Positions 39,563-55,084 are shown, numbered from the stretch's first letter. The stretch: DNA of 64,000 bases from Opitutia bacterium (GCA_002862945.1 PKCJ01000107.1:1485-65484); one strand, 5' to 3'. Made by a program: numbers and translations. Notes: a model not told the origin generated them from the letters alone.

Positions 39563-42500
39563 ATGCCAAAACGCACTGATATTCACAAGATTCTCATCAT
39601 AGGTTCTGGCCCGATCGTGATAGGGCAAGCCTGTGAATTCGACTATTCCGGTACTCAAGCTTGTAAGGCGCTACGTGAAGAAGGCTATCAGGTCATCCTC
39701 GTCAACAGCAACCCAGCGACCATAATGACTGACCCAGAGTTCGCTGATGTTACTTACATAGAGCCACTTACAGTCGACGCGTTGGAGAAAATTATTCTTA
39801 AGGAAATGCCGGATGCACTCTTGCCGACTCTAGGCGGTCAAACAGGGCTCAATCTATCGATGGATCTGCACGATGAGGGCATCCTTGAAAAATACGGCGT
39901 GGAAATGATCGGAGCTAAGCCTGAGGCAATTATTAAAGGCGAGGCACGCGATATTTTCAAACAGGCCATGCTCAAGATCGGTCTCGATGTTGCTAAATCA
40001 GCGACTGTTACAACTCTGTCAGCTGCGCTCGAAGCTGCAGACGATTTAATTGGCGACTTTCCCATCATCATTCGCCCCAGTTTCACACTAGGAGGCTCCG
40101 GGGGCGGCATCGCCTACAACCGCGAGGAATACGAGAAGATGGTACAGAACGGCCTCGATATGTCCCCCACCGCTGAGGTGCTAGTCGAAGAGTGTCTACT
40201 AGGCTGGAAGGAATACGAGATGGAAGTCATGCGCGATCACAACGATCAGTGCGTAGTCATCTGCTCGATTGAAAATTTTGACCCGATGGGTGTCCACACA
40301 GGTGACTCCATTACCGTGGCTCCGGCCATGACTTTAACTGACAAAGAATACCAACTTATGCGCGATGCGTCGTTTGCATGCATTCGCGAAGTTGGTGTCG
40401 AAACCGGTGGCTCCAATATTCAGTTTTCCGTCAATCCAGCCAATGGGCGCATGGTCGTGATCGAGATGAACCCACGCGTCTCTCGCAGCTCTGCGCTAGC
40501 CTCGAAGGCGACTGGTTTTCCCATTGCTAAGATTGCTGCAAAACTCGCAGTCGGTTACAGCCTTGATGAGTTGCAAAACGACATTACACGCGAGACCCCT
40601 GCTAGCTTTGAGCCGACCATCGACTACGTAGTGACGAAGATCCCACGTTTCACTTTTGAAAAATTCATCGGTGCTGACACCACTTTGACTTCCGCGATGA
40701 AGTCCGTGGGCGAGGCCATGGCCATCGGGCGTACTTTTAAAGAATCCTTCCAAAAAGCGCTTCGTTCACTCGAAATCGGGGCGAAGGGCTTCTTCGGCCC
40801 AGCCAAGTTTGACGACAAAATCACAGACATGCAGGCTATCCGCCAAGGTATCTCGATTCCAACCTGCGAGCGCGTCTTTTGGCTTCGCCATGCCCTACTC
40901 AACGGCATGACCGACGAGGAAATTTTCGACCTCTGTGCGCTCGATCCGTGGTTCATCGATCAGCTTCGTCAACTGGTAAAAATCGAGCTCGATCTCAAGA
41001 AGAGCAAGCTCGAAAATCTCAATGTAGAACTCATGAAGACAGCGAAAGAGGCTGGCTTTAGCGATGCCCTAATTGCGGATTTGTGCCTCTGCAACCGCCA
41101 GTCTGTGCGTAAACACCGTGAAAAGCTAGGCGTGATGACTGACTTCCGCCTCGTCGATACCTGTGCGGCTGAATTTGAAGCTTTCACACCTTACTACTAT
41201 TCGACCTATGGCTCGGAAAACGAGATCTCCGTTTCCAACAAGAAAAAAATCATGATTCTTGGCGGTGGGCCCAACCGGATCGGACAAGGAATCGAGTTTG
41301 ACTACTGCTGTGTTCACGCCTCCTTCGCTTTGCGCGAGGCAGGCTACGAGACGATCATGGTTAACTCAAATCCTGAAACTGTTTCAACCGACTATGATAC
41401 ATCGGATAAACTTTTCTTCGAACCGCTCACACTTGAGGACGTCTTAGAAATCTACTATCAATCAAAGTGTGACGGTGTGATCGTACAATTCGGCGGCCAA
41501 ACGCCGCTCAACCTCGCAACTGAACTCGAGGCACACGGCGTCAAGATCATCGGCACCTCACCTTCTATGATCGACGCTGCAGAAGACCGAAATCTTTTCC
41601 GCGATATCCTCGACCGCGTAGGCCTAAAACAGCCAGAAAACCGCATCGCGAATTGCCTTGAGGAATCTTACGAGCGCGCAGAAGAAATAGGCTTCCCAAT
41701 CCTTCTTCGCCCATCCTTCGTTCTCGGCGGTCGCGGTATGTTTATCGTCTATGATATGGACGAGATGAAGAAAATTGTGCGCGAGGTATTTGATGTCGCA
41801 CCAGGCACCCCCGTACTCCTCGATAAATTCCTTGAAGACGCTTACGAACTGGATGTCGACTGTATCTCCGACGGCGAGAGAACCGTCATTGGGGGTATGC
41901 TACAGCACGTCGAATTTGCAGGTGTCCATTCTGGCGATGCCGCCATGGTGATGCCACCACACACGCTCTCTGATGAGATGTTAGAAACAGTACGCGAAGC
42001 TAGTTACGCGCTCGCCAAAGAGCTCGAAGTCGTCGGCCTTATGAACGTGCAATACGCGATTAAAGACGACGAGCTTTACATAATTGAAGTCAATCCACGA
42101 GCCTCCCGCACGATACCTTTTGTCTCCAAAGCGATCGGTGTGCCACTCGCCAAACTTGCCTCCCGCATCATGGCAGGTGAAAAGCTAAAGGACCTCGGGT
42201 TCACCAAAGAAATCATCCCGCCCTACTGGGCAGTCAAAGAGTCTGTCTTCCCCTTCAATCGTTTTCCTGGTGCTCCAATCATGCTGAGCCCGGAAATGCG
42301 CTCGACCGGCGAAGTCATGGGCCTCGACAAAAACATCGGCGTGGCGTTCGCCAAATCTCAAATGGCTGCCAAGCCTGCACTCCCCGACTCTGGCGACGTC
42401 TTCATTAGCGTAAAAGACGCAGACAAAGAACGCGCAGTGCAAATAGCCAAGGGTCTGAGTGCACTCGGCTTTGGCGTCCTCGCCACAGTTGGCACTGGAA

Positions 42501-42796
42501 AGCTCTTCAAGAAAAATGGCATTGACGTCAAAAACGTATGCCGCTTGAGCGAAGGTCGGCCGAATGTGATTGATTTGATCAAAAACAATAAGGTTTCGCT
42601 CATTATCAACACTCCGCAAGGCACCGTGCCACGTCAAAACGAGAACGAAATTCGCACTGAAGCGATGAAGCACAACATCTGTATCATGACGACAATCTCA
42701 GCAGCCTCCGCTGCTGTGGACGGCATCAAGTCGATCCGTGAGAATGGCTATGAAATCCGCTCGATCCAAAGTTATAGCGAAGAAGCCAATTCGTAG
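39563..42796 (+). CDS. carB: carbamoyl-phosphate synthase large subunit
   Basis: [30 protein letters not shown], duplicated ATP-grasp halves and a C-terminal MGS domain. Confidence 0.98.
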   Translation: MPKRTDIHKILIIGSGPIVIGQACEFDYSGTQACKALREEGYQVILVNSNPATIMTDPEFADVTYIEPLTVDALEKIILKEMPDALLPTLGGQTGLNLSMDLHDEGILEKYGVEMIGAKPEAIIKGEARDIFKQAMLKIGLDVAKSATVTTLSAALEAADDLIGDFPIIIRPSFTLGGSGGGIAYNREEYEKMVQNGLDMSPTAEVLVEECLLGWKEYEMEVMRDHNDQCVVICSIENFDPMGVHTGDSITVAPAMTLTDKEYQLMRDASFACIREVGVETGGSNIQFSVNPANGRMVVIEMNPRVSRSSALASKATGFPIAKIAAKLAVGYSLDELQNDITRETPASFEPTIDYVVTKIPRFTFEKFIGADTTLTSAMKSVGEAMAIGRTFKESFQKALRSLEIGAKGFFGPAKFDDKITDMQAIRQGISIPTCERVFWLRHALLNGMTDEEIFDLCALDPWFIDQLRQLVKIELDLKKSKLENLNVELMKTAKEAGFSDALIADLCLCNRQSVRKHREKLGVMTDFRLVDTCAAEFEAFTPYYYSTYGSENEISVSNKKKIMILGGGPNRIGQGIEFDYCCVHASFALREAGYETIMVNSNPETVSTDYDTSDKLFFEPLTLEDVLEIYYQSKCDGVIVQFGGQTPLNLATELEAHGVKIIGTSPSMIDAAEDRNLFRDILDRVGLKQPENRIANCLEESYERAEEIGFPILLRPSFVLGGRGMFIVYDMDEMKKIVREVFDVAPGTPVLLDKFLEDAYELDVDCISDGERTVIGGMLQHVEFAGVHSGDAAMVMPPHTLSDEMLETVREASYALAKELEVVGLMNVQYAIKDDELYIIEVNPRASRTIPFVSKAIGVPLAKLASRIMAGEKLKDLGFTKEIIPPYWAVKESVFPFNRFPGAPIMLSPEMRSTGEVMGLDKNIGVAFAKSQMAAKPALPDSGDVFISVKDADKERAVQIAKGLSALGFGVLATVGTGKLFKKNGIDVKNVCRLSEGRPNVIDLIKNNKVSLIINTPQGTVPRQNENEIRTEAMKHNICIMTTISAASAAVDGIKSIRENGYEIRSIQSYSEEANS

Positions 42797-43123
42797 TAAG
42801 CCTGCTGCATGTCTTAACCAACCAGGGCATTACGCTTCTACACCTTGGATTTACGCAAACGCCTCGGATAAATACAAGGTTGCAATAGAGGTAAAATTCA
42901 TATGGGTAAATTTGGAAATTTATGCTTTTCTGAGAACCATGGATACGAAAAAGACTAGGCTTCCGCTCAAAGCACCTACGACTATAGGTCAGAACATACG
43001 AGGTAATTTATTCAATAGGGCGAGCGGTGAAATTGAAGATATAGCCAACGCGCTCAGATCAAGTAATATGCTTTCTTATCCCCTTGATTTTAGGCCAATT
43101 TCCCTTTGCCACACACTTACTAA

Positions 43124-43975
43124 ATGAAAACACCTACAATTATTGCACTGCTGCACGGGCCCGACCAACCAGGTCTGGTCTCGCGAGTATCTAGCTGGAT
43201 TTTTTTACGCGGCAGCAATATCGTCCATGCCGACCAACACGAGGATCCCGAAGCGAGCATTTTCTTTCAACGTGTGGAATGGATCCCCTCAGGCCAGATT
43301 GACGAGGAAGCCGCCAATTTTGAAAAATTCGCCTCTGAAGAACTCGGCATGAAAGCCAAAGTCGCAAAGTCGACTGACCGCCCCAAGGTTGCCCTATTCG
43401 TTTCCAAGACCGACCACTGCTTCCATGACACCATTCTCCGCTTCCGTTCCGGTGAAATGGCCGGGGAACTCACCTGCATTATTTCCAATCACGATGAGCT
43501 AGCGGAGGACGCCAAACGCTACGGCTTGCCCTTCCACCACATTCCAGTGAGTAAAGACACTAAAACCGAAGCGGAAGCTGCACAGCTCAAAATAGTGCAC
43601 GAGCATGGCGCTGAGCTCATAGTCTTGGCACGCTACATGCAGATACTCTCGGACGACTTAGTAAACAAAGTAGGTTGTCCTGTCATCAATATCCATCACT
43701 CCTTTTTGCCCGCATTTGCTGGGGGTAAGCCCTACCACCAAGCGCACCTACGCGGAGTCAAAATCATCGGCGCTACGGCTCACTACGCCACGGCTGATCT
43801 GGACGAAGGTCCCATCATCCACCAAGACGTCACAAGAATCAATCACCGCAATGCCATACCTGACCTCATTAGAAAAGGACGCGATCTGGAAAAATCCGTC
43901 TTTGCTCAAGCCATCCGCCTACACCTCGACAACCGTATATTAGTTTACAACAACCGAACAGTTGTCTTCGACTAA
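43124..43975 (+). CDS. purU: formyltetrahydrofolate deformylase
   Basis: ACT domain, LARYMQIL, INIHHSFLPAF and DEGPII. Confidence 0.96.
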   Translation: MKTPTIIALLHGPDQPGLVSRVSSWIFLRGSNIVHADQHEDPEASIFFQRVEWIPSGQIDEEAANFEKFASEELGMKAKVAKSTDRPKVALFVSKTDHCFHDTILRFRSGEMAGELTCIISNHDELAEDAKRYGLPFHHIPVSKDTKTEAEAAQLKIVHEHGAELIVLARYMQILSDDLVNKVGCPVINIHHSFLPAFAGGKPYHQAHLRGVKIIGATAHYATADLDEGPIIHQDVTRINHRNAIPDLIRKGRDLEKSVFAQAIRLHLDNRILVYNNRTVVFD

Positions 43976-44066
43976 GCGGCTCACGCTAATTATACAGTTT
44001 TCAATTTACTAGCTCCGCCCTAACGGCTAACCTTTCAACATATCAAAATTTCATCTTTTTCAAAAA

Positions 44067-44759
44067 ATGAACCGACCACAAAAAAATAAAATTAACAATT
44101 CTACCCTTCCTGAGGACCGGCAAGACCTCGTCGATGAGCGTAATTTAGTTGATGTCGAAAAGTCCGAAGAAATCTCTCTCGAAGATCGCATCAGCATGTA
44201 TTGGATGGAGAACAAGAGCTTTATCAGCAGCTGTATCTTCGTGCTTGCCCTACTCATCATCGTGCTCAACGGCATGCGCATGTATAAAAGTCACGCCGAA
44301 GTTGAGCTGCAGAATACCTACGCTGAGGCTACAGCCAACGAAACATTAGCTGACTTCGCTCAAGCTAACAGCAACAAAGATCTCGGCGGACTCGCTGCTC
44401 TTACAGTAGCCGATCAAGCCTACTCTGCAAAAGAGTTCAACAAAGCACTCAACTTCTATGGTATTGCTGCCGATGCACTGGCCACCAACTTTCTTTCTGG
44501 TCGCGCCCTACTCGGCCAAGCCTTTGCCAATTTTTACATCGGCAACGAAGAGGCCGCCTTGGTTCAACTAGCCGAGATCGCAGCAAACAATAGCTTAGCT
44601 GAGGTCGCCCGTGCCGAAGCCGCCTATCACCTTGCTGTGGAAGCCGACGTTGCCAATCGCACTGAAGAGTATAACCGATACATCGCACAAATTCAGGCCA
44701 GTCCCTTAGCCATCCAATGGCAGCAGCGTGTGAGCTTGTATGAGCAGCAAGCTCGCTAG
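44067..44759 (+). CDS. YfgM-like single-TM TPR protein
   Basis: Acidic cytoplasmic N-terminus, YWMENK before one TM helix, and periplasmic TPR-like helices. Confidence 0.7.
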   Translation: MNRPQKNKINNSTLPEDRQDLVDERNLVDVEKSEEISLEDRISMYWMENKSFISSCIFVLALLIIVLNGMRMYKSHAEVELQNTYAEATANETLADFAQANSNKDLGGLAALTVADQAYSAKEFNKALNFYGIAADALATNFLSGRALLGQAFANFYIGNEEAALVQLAEIAANNSLAEVARAEAAYHLAVEADVANRTEEYNRYIAQIQASPLAIQWQQRVSLYEQQAR

Positions 44760-44976
44760 GCGATTAAACAAATTAACTTTTCAAAAAGTGGACTCTTCGA
44801 GGTCTGTGTTTTTTGTGAGACATCGCTAGCGCCAAGAGGGCACGCGCTGACACCTTCAAGCGAGCTCAATGCTATGAGCATAAATGATAATGCAACACTT
44901 TCTAGTAAAGTCGGCTGACTGGGTCATAGCCAAGCTAATCCAGTTTAAATAAATAATAATTTATGCTTACCAATAA

Positions 44977-46413
<1,437 letters not shown>

Positions 46414-46440
46414 GCGGCCTGCTTAGCACCAGTTTCATAT

Positions 46441-46468
46441 GCTCGACAGGAAACTGTCGGGCTTTTTT
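46441..46468 (+). terminator. intrinsic terminator after eno
   Basis: GCTCGACAG-GAAA-CTGTCGGGC followed by T6. Confidence 0.85.
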
Positions 46469-46510
46469 GACTTCTAAATTCCAGCATCTAAGATTTTCAT
46501 TAAGGCTGTT

Positions 46511-46927
46511 ATGACTCTAGAACAAAAGAAAGATGCTCTCGTCGAAGAGATTACGCTCATCCCCGATGCTTACGAACGACTAGGCTACATCGTAGACCGC
46601 GGTAAAAAAGCTGACGGACTGACGGAAGATCTGCGCATCGACTCTTTCAAAATTGAAGGGTGCATGTCTCAGCTTTGGGTCGTGCCTGCTTACAAGAAAG
46701 GACTTTGTAGTTTCAAGTCCGAGTCTGATTCGGCAATCGTTAAAGGCATCGCTAGCCTTTTATGCGATTTTTATAGCGAGGCGAAGCCTGAAGATATCCG
46801 AAAAACTAACGCCGACTTTCTTAGCGAAGTTGGTATTACCCAACACCTCTCTCCAAACCGCCGAAACGGATTGAGCCGTATAGTAGAGTCGATCCAGCAC
46901 TTTGCAAACTCATGCTTAGTCGAATAA
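46511..46927 (+). CDS. sufE: SufE-family Fe-S sulfur acceptor
   Basis: Motifs IEGCMSQLW, SDSAIVKG and LSPNRRNGL. Confidence 0.92.
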   Translation: MTLEQKKDALVEEITLIPDAYERLGYIVDRGKKADGLTEDLRIDSFKIEGCMSQLWVVPAYKKGLCSFKSESDSAIVKGIASLLCDFYSEAKPEDIRKTNADFLSEVGITQHLSPNRRNGLSRIVESIQHFANSCLVE

Positions 46928-47104
46928 TGAAAATCTTTATCGCGATAATGCCCATTGGCTACGCTATGTGGGGTATCGATACAGGAGCTTGCAAGTTAAC
47001 TAACAGATAATTTCGCCCGCTATTTCTCCGTTGCTTGAATCATATTTACTAAATCTATCTAACAATCCTACGGCGCGAAAAGCCCACCAACTAGCTTTAT
47101 ACAA

Positions 47105-47545
47105 ATGCTTGATCCTTTGCTAACACCTCTCGCTAAAGTAAGTCACCGCGACATCGTGCGGCGAGGTTTGCGTTGCGTTTGTCCAAATTGCGGGCAAGCA
47201 AAGCTTTTTCGGTCACTTTTGAAAATACACCATCGCTGCCCCTCCTGCGGGATGACACTAGAACGCGGCGATGGATATTACCTAGGACCGCTCTGTATCA
47301 ATTATGGATTCGTTGTCTTTGGCTATGTGGCGCCATTTTTGTTGTTGGGCGTCGCTGGAATCATTCCTTTTGGTCTAGCTTTGGTGCTAGGCCTAAGCGG
47401 GGCGATTATACTACCGATAATTCTCTATCGCCCATGCTGGAGCCTCTGGCTAATGATCTATTACTTCTGCCTGCCCGACGAGTTACACGCCAATCGACCC
47501 GAAGATAGCGACGACCTCATGTTCGAAGAAGAACAGCGACGCTGA
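47105..47545 (+). CDS. DUF983-like zinc-ribbon membrane protein
   Basis: CPNCGQAKLF...CPSCG followed by two TM helices. Confidence 0.75.
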   Translation: MLDPLLTPLAKVSHRDIVRRGLRCVCPNCGQAKLFRSLLKIHHRCPSCGMTLERGDGYYLGPLCINYGFVVFGYVAPFLLLGVAGIIPFGLALVLGLSGAIILPIILYRPCWSLWLMIYYFCLPDELHANRPEDSDDLMFEEEQRR

Positions 47546-47621
47546 ACAGTGCCCGCAGAGTTTACTCAGGCTTTATTTCCCTTCTACCGAATAAGACCTA
47601 AACAAGCCTGCACGCAACGAT

Positions 47622-48878
47622 CTACACTTCGTTTGCCCAGATCTCTTCCAGCTTTTGGCGGCGGCGTATTAATTTTGGAGCGTTATTCAAATCGAGTATC
47701 ACTTCGGCTGCTTCGGGATAAGAGTTGTAGTGCTTCGGCGTCATAGCGGAGGCATAGGCGCCAGTACCATCAATCACGCAGTAGTCGCCAATTTCAGCGA
47801 GAGGTAATGCCCGTGTGGCGAGAAGCTCGGGGTCACCGGCGGCTGGTGTCAAAATATCACCAGACTCGCAGCAGTGTCCGACGATCACGTAGTCTTTAAC
47901 CTCAGACTTTTTGGAAGATTGTAGCAGGCTAATCGGGTGCTGAGCCCCGTATATTGAGGGGCGCAGTAGTTCGGTCATGCCGGTGTCGAGCTTGATAAAT
48001 TCATAGCCACCCTCTCCAGTCGAGACGACGTCTTGCACTTTCGATAACAAGGCGCCGGCATTGGCTACGAGAAAAGTGCCAGGTTCGACCTCGAGGTGGA
48101 TCTTGCGACCAGTTTCGACAGCGAAATCTTCAAACTTCTCTTTCACGGGTATGCCAACTACTTGTAGGTCGGTCGACTTTTCGTCGGGCATGCGGCCAAC
48201 TTTAAAACCGCCACCAAGATTGAGCGTGGTGACGTCCGGAAACTGGCGGACAATATCAAAATTCATCTTCGCAACTTTGAGCCAGACATTTGGATCAATA
48301 CCCGAACCAATGTGCGTATGGATGCGAACCGCGGTGAGGTCGTATTTTTTGAGAATCGCTTTAATCTGAGGAATCCAATGGTGCCAGATACCAAAACTGG
48401 ATGACGTACCACCGACATTAGTGCGATTATTACCCCCCGAGCCTGCACCTGGGTTGATCCGAATGCCGACTTGCCCACTGGGCTTTATTTGACCAAAACG
48501 CTCCAACTGCGCAAGCGAGCAGGCATTCAGTTGGATACCCGCAGCCAGTAGGTCGGAGAGGTCGACTGGTAGCTCTTGCGCACTCAGGCTGATGTGTCTT
48601 GCGGGGATGCCCGCAGCCATCGCGCGGTGGACTTCATGCCCGGAAGACGCGTCGATGTGAAAACCTGCATTGGCAAAAATCTTCAGTATGGCTCCATTGG
48701 GCGAAGCCTTCATCGCGTAGCGAGCGGTCAAACCGAAGGCATTCGGAAACTTGAGTACAGCGGCCGCGTTGGCTTCGAGTGATTTTTGGTCGTAAACGTA
48801 AATCGGCGTACCAAAACTGTCGCTCACAGCGTGAGCGGTCGTATAATCTAGAAAACGGGGCTGTACTTTAAGGACCAT
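47622..48878 (-). CDS. lysA: diaminopimelate decarboxylase
   Basis: YAMKA (PLP lysine), HTHIGSG, NLGGG, EPG and CESGD. Confidence 0.93.
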   Translation of the reverse strand: MVLKVQPRFLDYTTAHAVSDSFGTPIYVYDQKSLEANAAAVLKFPNAFGLTARYAMKASPNGAILKIFANAGFHIDASSGHEVHRAMAAGIPARHISLSAQELPVDLSDLLAAGIQLNACSLAQLERFGQIKPSGQVGIRINPGAGSGGNNRTNVGGTSSSFGIWHHWIPQIKAILKKYDLTAVRIHTHIGSGIDPNVWLKVAKMNFDIVRQFPDVTTLNLGGGFKVGRMPDEKSTDLQVVGIPVKEKFEDFAVETGRKIHLEVEPGTFLVANAGALLSKVQDVVSTGEGGYEFIKLDTGMTELLRPSIYGAQHPISLLQSSKKSEVKDYVIVGHCCESGDILTPAAGDPELLATRALPLAEIGDYCVIDGTGAYASAMTPKHYNSYPEAAEVILDLNNAPKLIRRRQKLEEIWANEV

Positions 48879-48996
48879 TGTAAAGAGCAAATGAGCTTAA
48901 TCCGCCCAGGCAAGCGCGAACCGCTGTTCGCTATTAGATTACCAATAGCGAATAACTGAGGACGAATACTAAAGTCAATTTACCTTCCGACCTCAT

Positions 48997-49365
48997 TTAT
49001 TCGCTATTAATGCGAGTCGCACGCTCACATCCATAGGTTTCAAGCATCTCGGTCACCAAACTAGGCAGGTGCGTGAGATTGGCACCTGCACCTGCTGCCT
49101 CGCCCGCGCAGCAAACGTAGCTGATCTGTTCTTTCATAGCCAATTCAAGGCCGCGGCTATCGAGCCAAGCTATTACAATACTCAACGAATCGACCCATTG
49201 ATGTAACGAAAACTCGCTCTCGTCAGTCGCCTCTAGCAACTGATGCCAAACTTCAGCATTTTCGACACCAGCAAAATAAGCCTCCAAAAGTGCTACGAGC
49301 TTAGGGGAATCCGCGAACTGCTCTGTAAAAATGTCAATACCCAGACGCTCTATAATTTCATCCAT
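48997..49365 (-). CDS. hypothetical acidic protein
   Basis: ATG at 49365, about 122 aa, helical and globular in composition. Confidence 0.65.
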   Translation of the reverse strand: MDEIIERLGIDIFTEQFADSPKLVALLEAYFAGVENAEVWHQLLEATDESEFSLHQWVDSLSIVIAWLDSRGLELAMKEQISYVCCAGEAAGAGANLTHLPSLVTEMLETYGCERATRINSE

Positions 49366-49487
49366 ACGAATATGTATCACGCATTGTCTACGAATTTCAA
49401 GGAAGTCCTGAACTGATACTTAAATTTGAAAGATAAACTGTTGAGTCTTGCCCTGAAAATGACAGCTTTTATCGGTATAGTCATATC

Positions 49488-49949
49488 ATGCGTCACATCC
49501 GAACTGCGGCTCGAGCCCTCATCATAATTGATCAAAAAGTCCTCGCCATCAAAATGTGCGATCGAACAGGTATTTTCTACATCCTGCCAGGTGGCGGGCA
49601 GAGGCACGGAGAAACGCTTCACCAAGGACTAGAACGTGAGTGTCTCGAAGAAATCGGCACCAAGGTCGACATCGAAGAATTACTCTATGTGCGCGAATAC
49701 ATAGGTAAAAACCACGAATTTCATAAATCACACAGAGCCTTCCACCAAGTGGAGAACGTCTTTCGTTGCTCAATACCTGACCCAGATGGGATCGGTCCAG
49801 GCACCGAGCAAGACAAAAAGCAAGTCGGCGTAGAATGGATCCCGCTAGAAGATTTACCCAAGCGCCGCTTCCTCCCTGAGGCAATCAAACCCTTTTTCAA
49901 AGATGGTAAGTTCGACTCAAGGACGAACTACCTCGGAGATGTAAACTGA
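49488..49949 (+). CDS. NUDIX hydrolase
   Basis: Nudix box [24 protein letters not shown]. Confidence 0.92.
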   Translation: MRHIRTAARALIIIDQKVLAIKMCDRTGIFYILPGGGQRHGETLHQGLERECLEEIGTKVDIEELLYVREYIGKNHEFHKSHRAFHQVENVFRCSIPDPDGIGPGTEQDKKQVGVEWIPLEDLPKRRFLPEAIKPFFKDGKFDSRTNYLGDVN

Positions 49950-50019
49950 CTAAAATAGTGAAACTAGGAAATGCTGAAAGTGCGATTCCTTATCCTTAAT
50001 TACCTATTCTAATTCTCAA

Positions 50020-51279
<1,260 letters not shown>

Positions 51280-51366
51280 TACGCACGCACTTGCTTGCAC
51301 GTAGATTCGTTAGTCAAAGCAGACAAAACTTGGGATCCCCTCCTCACCCCCGGGAGACCAAGACCA

Positions 51367-53151
51367 ATGAACGACGAATCAACTACAGAACCAACTGAAA
51401 CTAATAACGTAAATGCTCCATCTAAGGAGGAAGCGGTAAACGATGAGCAATATACCGAGGAGCTGATTTCAGCGCCCTTAGAACAGAAGTCCGAACGTAT
51501 TAATACCCGTGCGCTTAAGGATGACGCAGCTAAGCGCGAAAAAAAGCAACCACTCATCCAACGCATCGCTAAAGCGATTAAGGCCGAGAAGAAGTCCTAC
51601 ACCGAGCTGATCATCAACTCAGAACCCCTCGAAAAACGCGTCGCCCTTCTCCAAGACGGCGTCCTCGAAAAGTTTGAAGTCGAGCGCACGGGCGAAGCCC
51701 GTGAAGTCGGCGCCATCTTTAAAGGCCGCATCCAAAATCTGGAACCTGGCCTCAAGGCAGCCTTCGTCGATATCGGTGAAGAAAAGAACGCCTTCCTGCA
51801 CTACTGGGACATCCTACCTGCAGCGAAGGACAATTCGATCGAGATCGTCCGCGATAATAAATCGGAAAAGCAGCGAAAGCGCGAAGCCGAGAAGGTCTCG
51901 ATCAAGGACATCCCCAAGCTTTACCCTGTAGGTAGCGAGATCGTGCTTCAAATCACTAAGGGTCAGATCGGCACTAAGGGACCAAGAACCACGACGAATA
52001 TCGCTCTACCTGGCCGCTTTCTCGTGCTAATGCCCTATACCGGCACACTCGGCATCTCTCGTAAAATCGAGGACAAAAGAGAACGTAGTCGTCTAAAGGG
52101 AATACTCCGTGGCCTTACTCTACCCGAAGGCATGGGTATCATTGTGCGAACCGCTGGGGAAGGTAAAAAAGCCCGCTACTTCATCCGTGATCTCCATATA
52201 TTGCTCAAACGCTGGGAGGTGATCAATCAACGCATGAATTCGACGAACAAACCCGCATGCCTCTACGTAGAGCCCGACATTGTTGGTCGTACTGTGCGCG
52301 ACTTCCTAACCGAAGAAATCGATCGCGTAATGATCGATAAGGTGGAAGACTATGAAAACATAATCGAGGATGTAATTAAAATTTCGCCTCGTTCGAAGTC
52401 TAAAATTCACCTGTTCAAAGATGACATCCCAGTCTTTGAGCGCTTCAATATCGAGCGGCAGATTGAGCAGACCTACAATCGCTGCGTTCCGCTACCAGGT
52501 GGTGGCGAAATTGTAATTGAAGAGACGGAAGCCCTCATTTCGATTGATGTGAATACCGGTTCACACAAGAACAAAAACAAGGACGGCAAGGACTTTATCC
52601 TACAGGTGAACCTTGAATCGGCTACAGAGATTTGCCGGCAAATACGCCTGCGTAACATCGGCGGTCTCATTATCCTGGACTTCATAGATATGAAGGCGAA
52701 GAAGGACCGAAACGCCGTACTTGCACGTATGAAGCGTGAGATGAGCGCTGATAAAGCAAAGAGCCACATCCTTCCCATTTCGACGCTTGGCATCATGCAA
52801 ATGACACGCCAGCGACACTCTGAGAGTCACTCCAGTGGTATTTACACTGACTGCCCGTATTGCAACGGCCGTGGCTCAGTCAAGAGTTCACGCACAATGA
52901 GTGTCGAAATACAACGCCGTCTAATCAGTGTTATTCGCCATATTCGCGCCCGCGACGGTCAGGACAAAGAAATCGCCATGCGAGTGCTTCTCCACCCGAC
53001 CAATCTTGAACGACTCCGCCAAGAAGATGAAGACCTCCTCTTGGAAATCGAGCAATCTTACGGCGCTCGCCTTTCTTTCCGCGCTGACCCGATCTACCAC
53101 GTAGAGAACTTCAAGATCATAGACATAGAGAGCGGGCAAGAACAGCGTTAA
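51367..53151 (+). CDS. Rne/Rng-family ribonuclease
   Basis: S1 domain (AAFVDIG), [21 protein letters not shown] and Zn-link CPYCNGRG. Confidence 0.95.
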   Translation: MNDESTTEPTETNNVNAPSKEEAVNDEQYTEELISAPLEQKSERINTRALKDDAAKREKKQPLIQRIAKAIKAEKKSYTELIINSEPLEKRVALLQDGVLEKFEVERTGEAREVGAIFKGRIQNLEPGLKAAFVDIGEEKNAFLHYWDILPAAKDNSIEIVRDNKSEKQRKREAEKVSIKDIPKLYPVGSEIVLQITKGQIGTKGPRTTTNIALPGRFLVLMPYTGTLGISRKIEDKRERSRLKGILRGLTLPEGMGIIVRTAGEGKKARYFIRDLHILLKRWEVINQRMNSTNKPACLYVEPDIVGRTVRDFLTEEIDRVMIDKVEDYENIIEDVIKISPRSKSKIHLFKDDIPVFERFNIERQIEQTYNRCVPLPGGGEIVIEETEALISIDVNTGSHKNKNKDGKDFILQVNLESATEICRQIRLRNIGGLIILDFIDMKAKKDRNAVLARMKREMSADKAKSHILPISTLGIMQMTRQRHSESHSSGIYTDCPYCNGRGSVKSSRTMSVEIQRRLISVIRHIRARDGQDKEIAMRVLLHPTNLERLRQEDEDLLLEIEQSYGARLSFRADPIYHVENFKIIDIESGQEQR

Positions 53152-53263
53152 CGGCAAGGTCGCAATAAAAAACAACAAATGGCTAAGGACGAATGTTTCA
53201 TGTTTAATAAAACATGCACACTTCGTGCTGATTGATCATTGTATCCTCCCTCGTCATATTAGA

Positions 53264-54439
53264 ATGAAAATACTAGCTGCCTTCGATAAGTTTAAAGACG
53301 CCATGCCCGCAGACAGGGCTTGCGATGTTGCCCTCAGTGGGGCGCTCGAAGCGCTCGGTGAACCGCTAACGCTATGCCACGCCCCACTGACTGACGGAGG
53401 TGAGGGCTTTTGCCCGATTTTGACTCAGGCGGCCAGTGGCTACATTGAACACCACAAAGTCAGTGGCCCACTAGGCGAAGAAGTCGACTCGCCGCTCGGC
53501 TGGGTAAACCTTGAACGCATCCCCGAGAGTGCCCGTAAAATGCTTGGCCAAAAAAAAGGCAAGCTCGCAATCATTGAAATGGCCTCGGTCGCTGGGCTGG
53601 AGCAAGTGCCGAACGCGCAACGCCACCCGAAGCATTGCACCACGCGCGGTGTGGGTGAACTAATCCTCATTGCAGTAGCTGAAGGAGCCGATGCCATCCT
53701 GCTTGGAATCGGTGGCAGCGCAACGAGTGACCTTGGACTTGGCGCACTGGAAGCGCTTGGTTTGGAGTTCTGCCCCGGCGGTCAAGTCACACCCGAAAAA
53801 TGGTCAGTAGTTGATCAGATCAAGGGCAGCATAGAGTATATAATACCGCCGATTTATATCGCGTGCGATGTAGATAACCCATTGCTTGGCACCAAAGGAG
53901 CTGCAGCGGTTTACGGCCCACAAAAAGGGCTTGAACCCAACGAGATTGAAGCCTTTGACGATGCTTCTGCACGCGTAGCTAAGTTGCTGTGTAAATTCTT
54001 CGATCAATCCGAATCGACTCTAAGAGCTGCTGGTAGCGGCGCTGCCGGCGGTATCGGCTTTGGCCTCAATATCGCCTTTGGCGCTAAATATGTATTTGGT
54101 TTCGAACTAGTTACTGCGTGGCTCGACCTGAGCAGTAAGATTAGGGAAGCCGATCTAGTATTAACGGGCGAAGGTAAGTTTGACAGCAGCTCTCTCGCTG
54201 GCAAAGGCCCTTACGCGCTACTCGCCGCTGCCTATTCTAGCGATACATCGGCGATCTTGCTGGCTGGTCTCGCAGACGAGGAAGCCGCTCAAACTGTCCG
54301 TGAGCGCTTCCCAGGAACCGCTATCTATAGCATCACACCCGAGGATACGCCGCTGGCGCAAGCCCTTAAATCAGCACCTGATTTTTTGAAGCAAAAAGTG
54401 ACCGAAGTCTTAAAGACCCTCTACGCACATGACAGTTGA
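53264..54439 (+). CDS. glycerate kinase (class I)
   Basis: DKFK, DGGEG, GIGGSATSD and TGEGKFD. Confidence 0.92.
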   Translation: MKILAAFDKFKDAMPADRACDVALSGALEALGEPLTLCHAPLTDGGEGFCPILTQAASGYIEHHKVSGPLGEEVDSPLGWVNLERIPESARKMLGQKKGKLAIIEMASVAGLEQVPNAQRHPKHCTTRGVGELILIAVAEGADAILLGIGGSATSDLGLGALEALGLEFCPGGQVTPEKWSVVDQIKGSIEYIIPPIYIACDVDNPLLGTKGAAAVYGPQKGLEPNEIEAFDDASARVAKLLCKFFDQSESTLRAAGSGAAGGIGFGLNIAFGAKYVFGFELVTAWLDLSSKIREADLVLTGEGKFDSSSLAGKGPYALLAAAYSSDTSAILLAGLADEEAAQTVRERFPGTAIYSITPEDTPLAQALKSAPDFLKQKVTEVLKTLYAHDS

Positions 54440-55082
54440 GGAATCAGAGCTTAATCAGACTAAGTGGCGCCGCATGCGTAGGGTCAAGAAATGGCTGCGC
54501 CCACTCCCTATGAGCACGAACATACATAGCTATCGCATTCTTAGATTTTTTGCAGTGGCTGCCCGCAAGCGGACCAACATCTGGAGTTTTCGTGTAGAAA
54601 ATGCGGTGCCTGCAATTTACGCGGGGAGTATTCTTACTCTCATGCCGCTCTATGGCATACAAATCCCTTCCGCATTCCTACTGGCTCTCTTACTTCGCGC
54701 TAATCTACCGATTCCACTTGGGCTGCAAGTCGTCTCAAATCCATTAACAATACTACCGATCTGGTTTGCCGCTTATCAAATAGGACAGATGATACTCAGT
54801 GTTGTCGGACTACGCTTCGACCCACTCAATCAAGAAGAAGTGCGCCTTTTACTCGATAACTTCATCTATGCCGCGTGGGGCGATAAGTTTGATAACTTAG
54901 CCGCCACATTCAGTGTCACTATCCTTGGTGCGATTGCGATGAGTATTTTCTTCGGTCGTATTTCCAGTTTTACCTACCGTATCGTCACAAATCATACTGC
55001 AGCTAGCTATACCTTGCTCCGCCATAAGATAACATTGCATAAATTAAAAAACGCAATCTCCCCTCTACAAAGAGTGCCCTAG
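54429..55082 (+). CDS. DUF2062-like membrane protein
   Basis: LLRANLPI and [17 protein letters not shown] motifs. Confidence 0.75.
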   Translation: MTVEESELNQTKWRRMRRVKKWLRPLPMSTNIHSYRILRFFAVAARKRTNIWSFRVENAVPAIYAGSILTLMPLYGIQIPSAFLLALLLRANLPIPLGLQVVSNPLTILPIWFAAYQIGQMILSVVGLRFDPLNQEEVRLLLDNFIYAAWGDKFDNLAATFSVTILGAIAMSIFFGRISSFTYRIVTNHTAASYTLLRHKITLHKLKNAISPLQRVP

Positions 55083-55084
55083 CA

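Noticed and set aside
42738-43127. 129-aa plus-strand ORF between carB and purU
   Set aside because: It overlaps carB, has no recognisable motif, and its codon style is atypical.
53550-53557. A8/T8 runs in glycerate kinase, glmM and holB as phase-variation tracts
   Set aside because: They encode Lys/Phe runs in housekeeping genes, and runs of this length are expected by chance.
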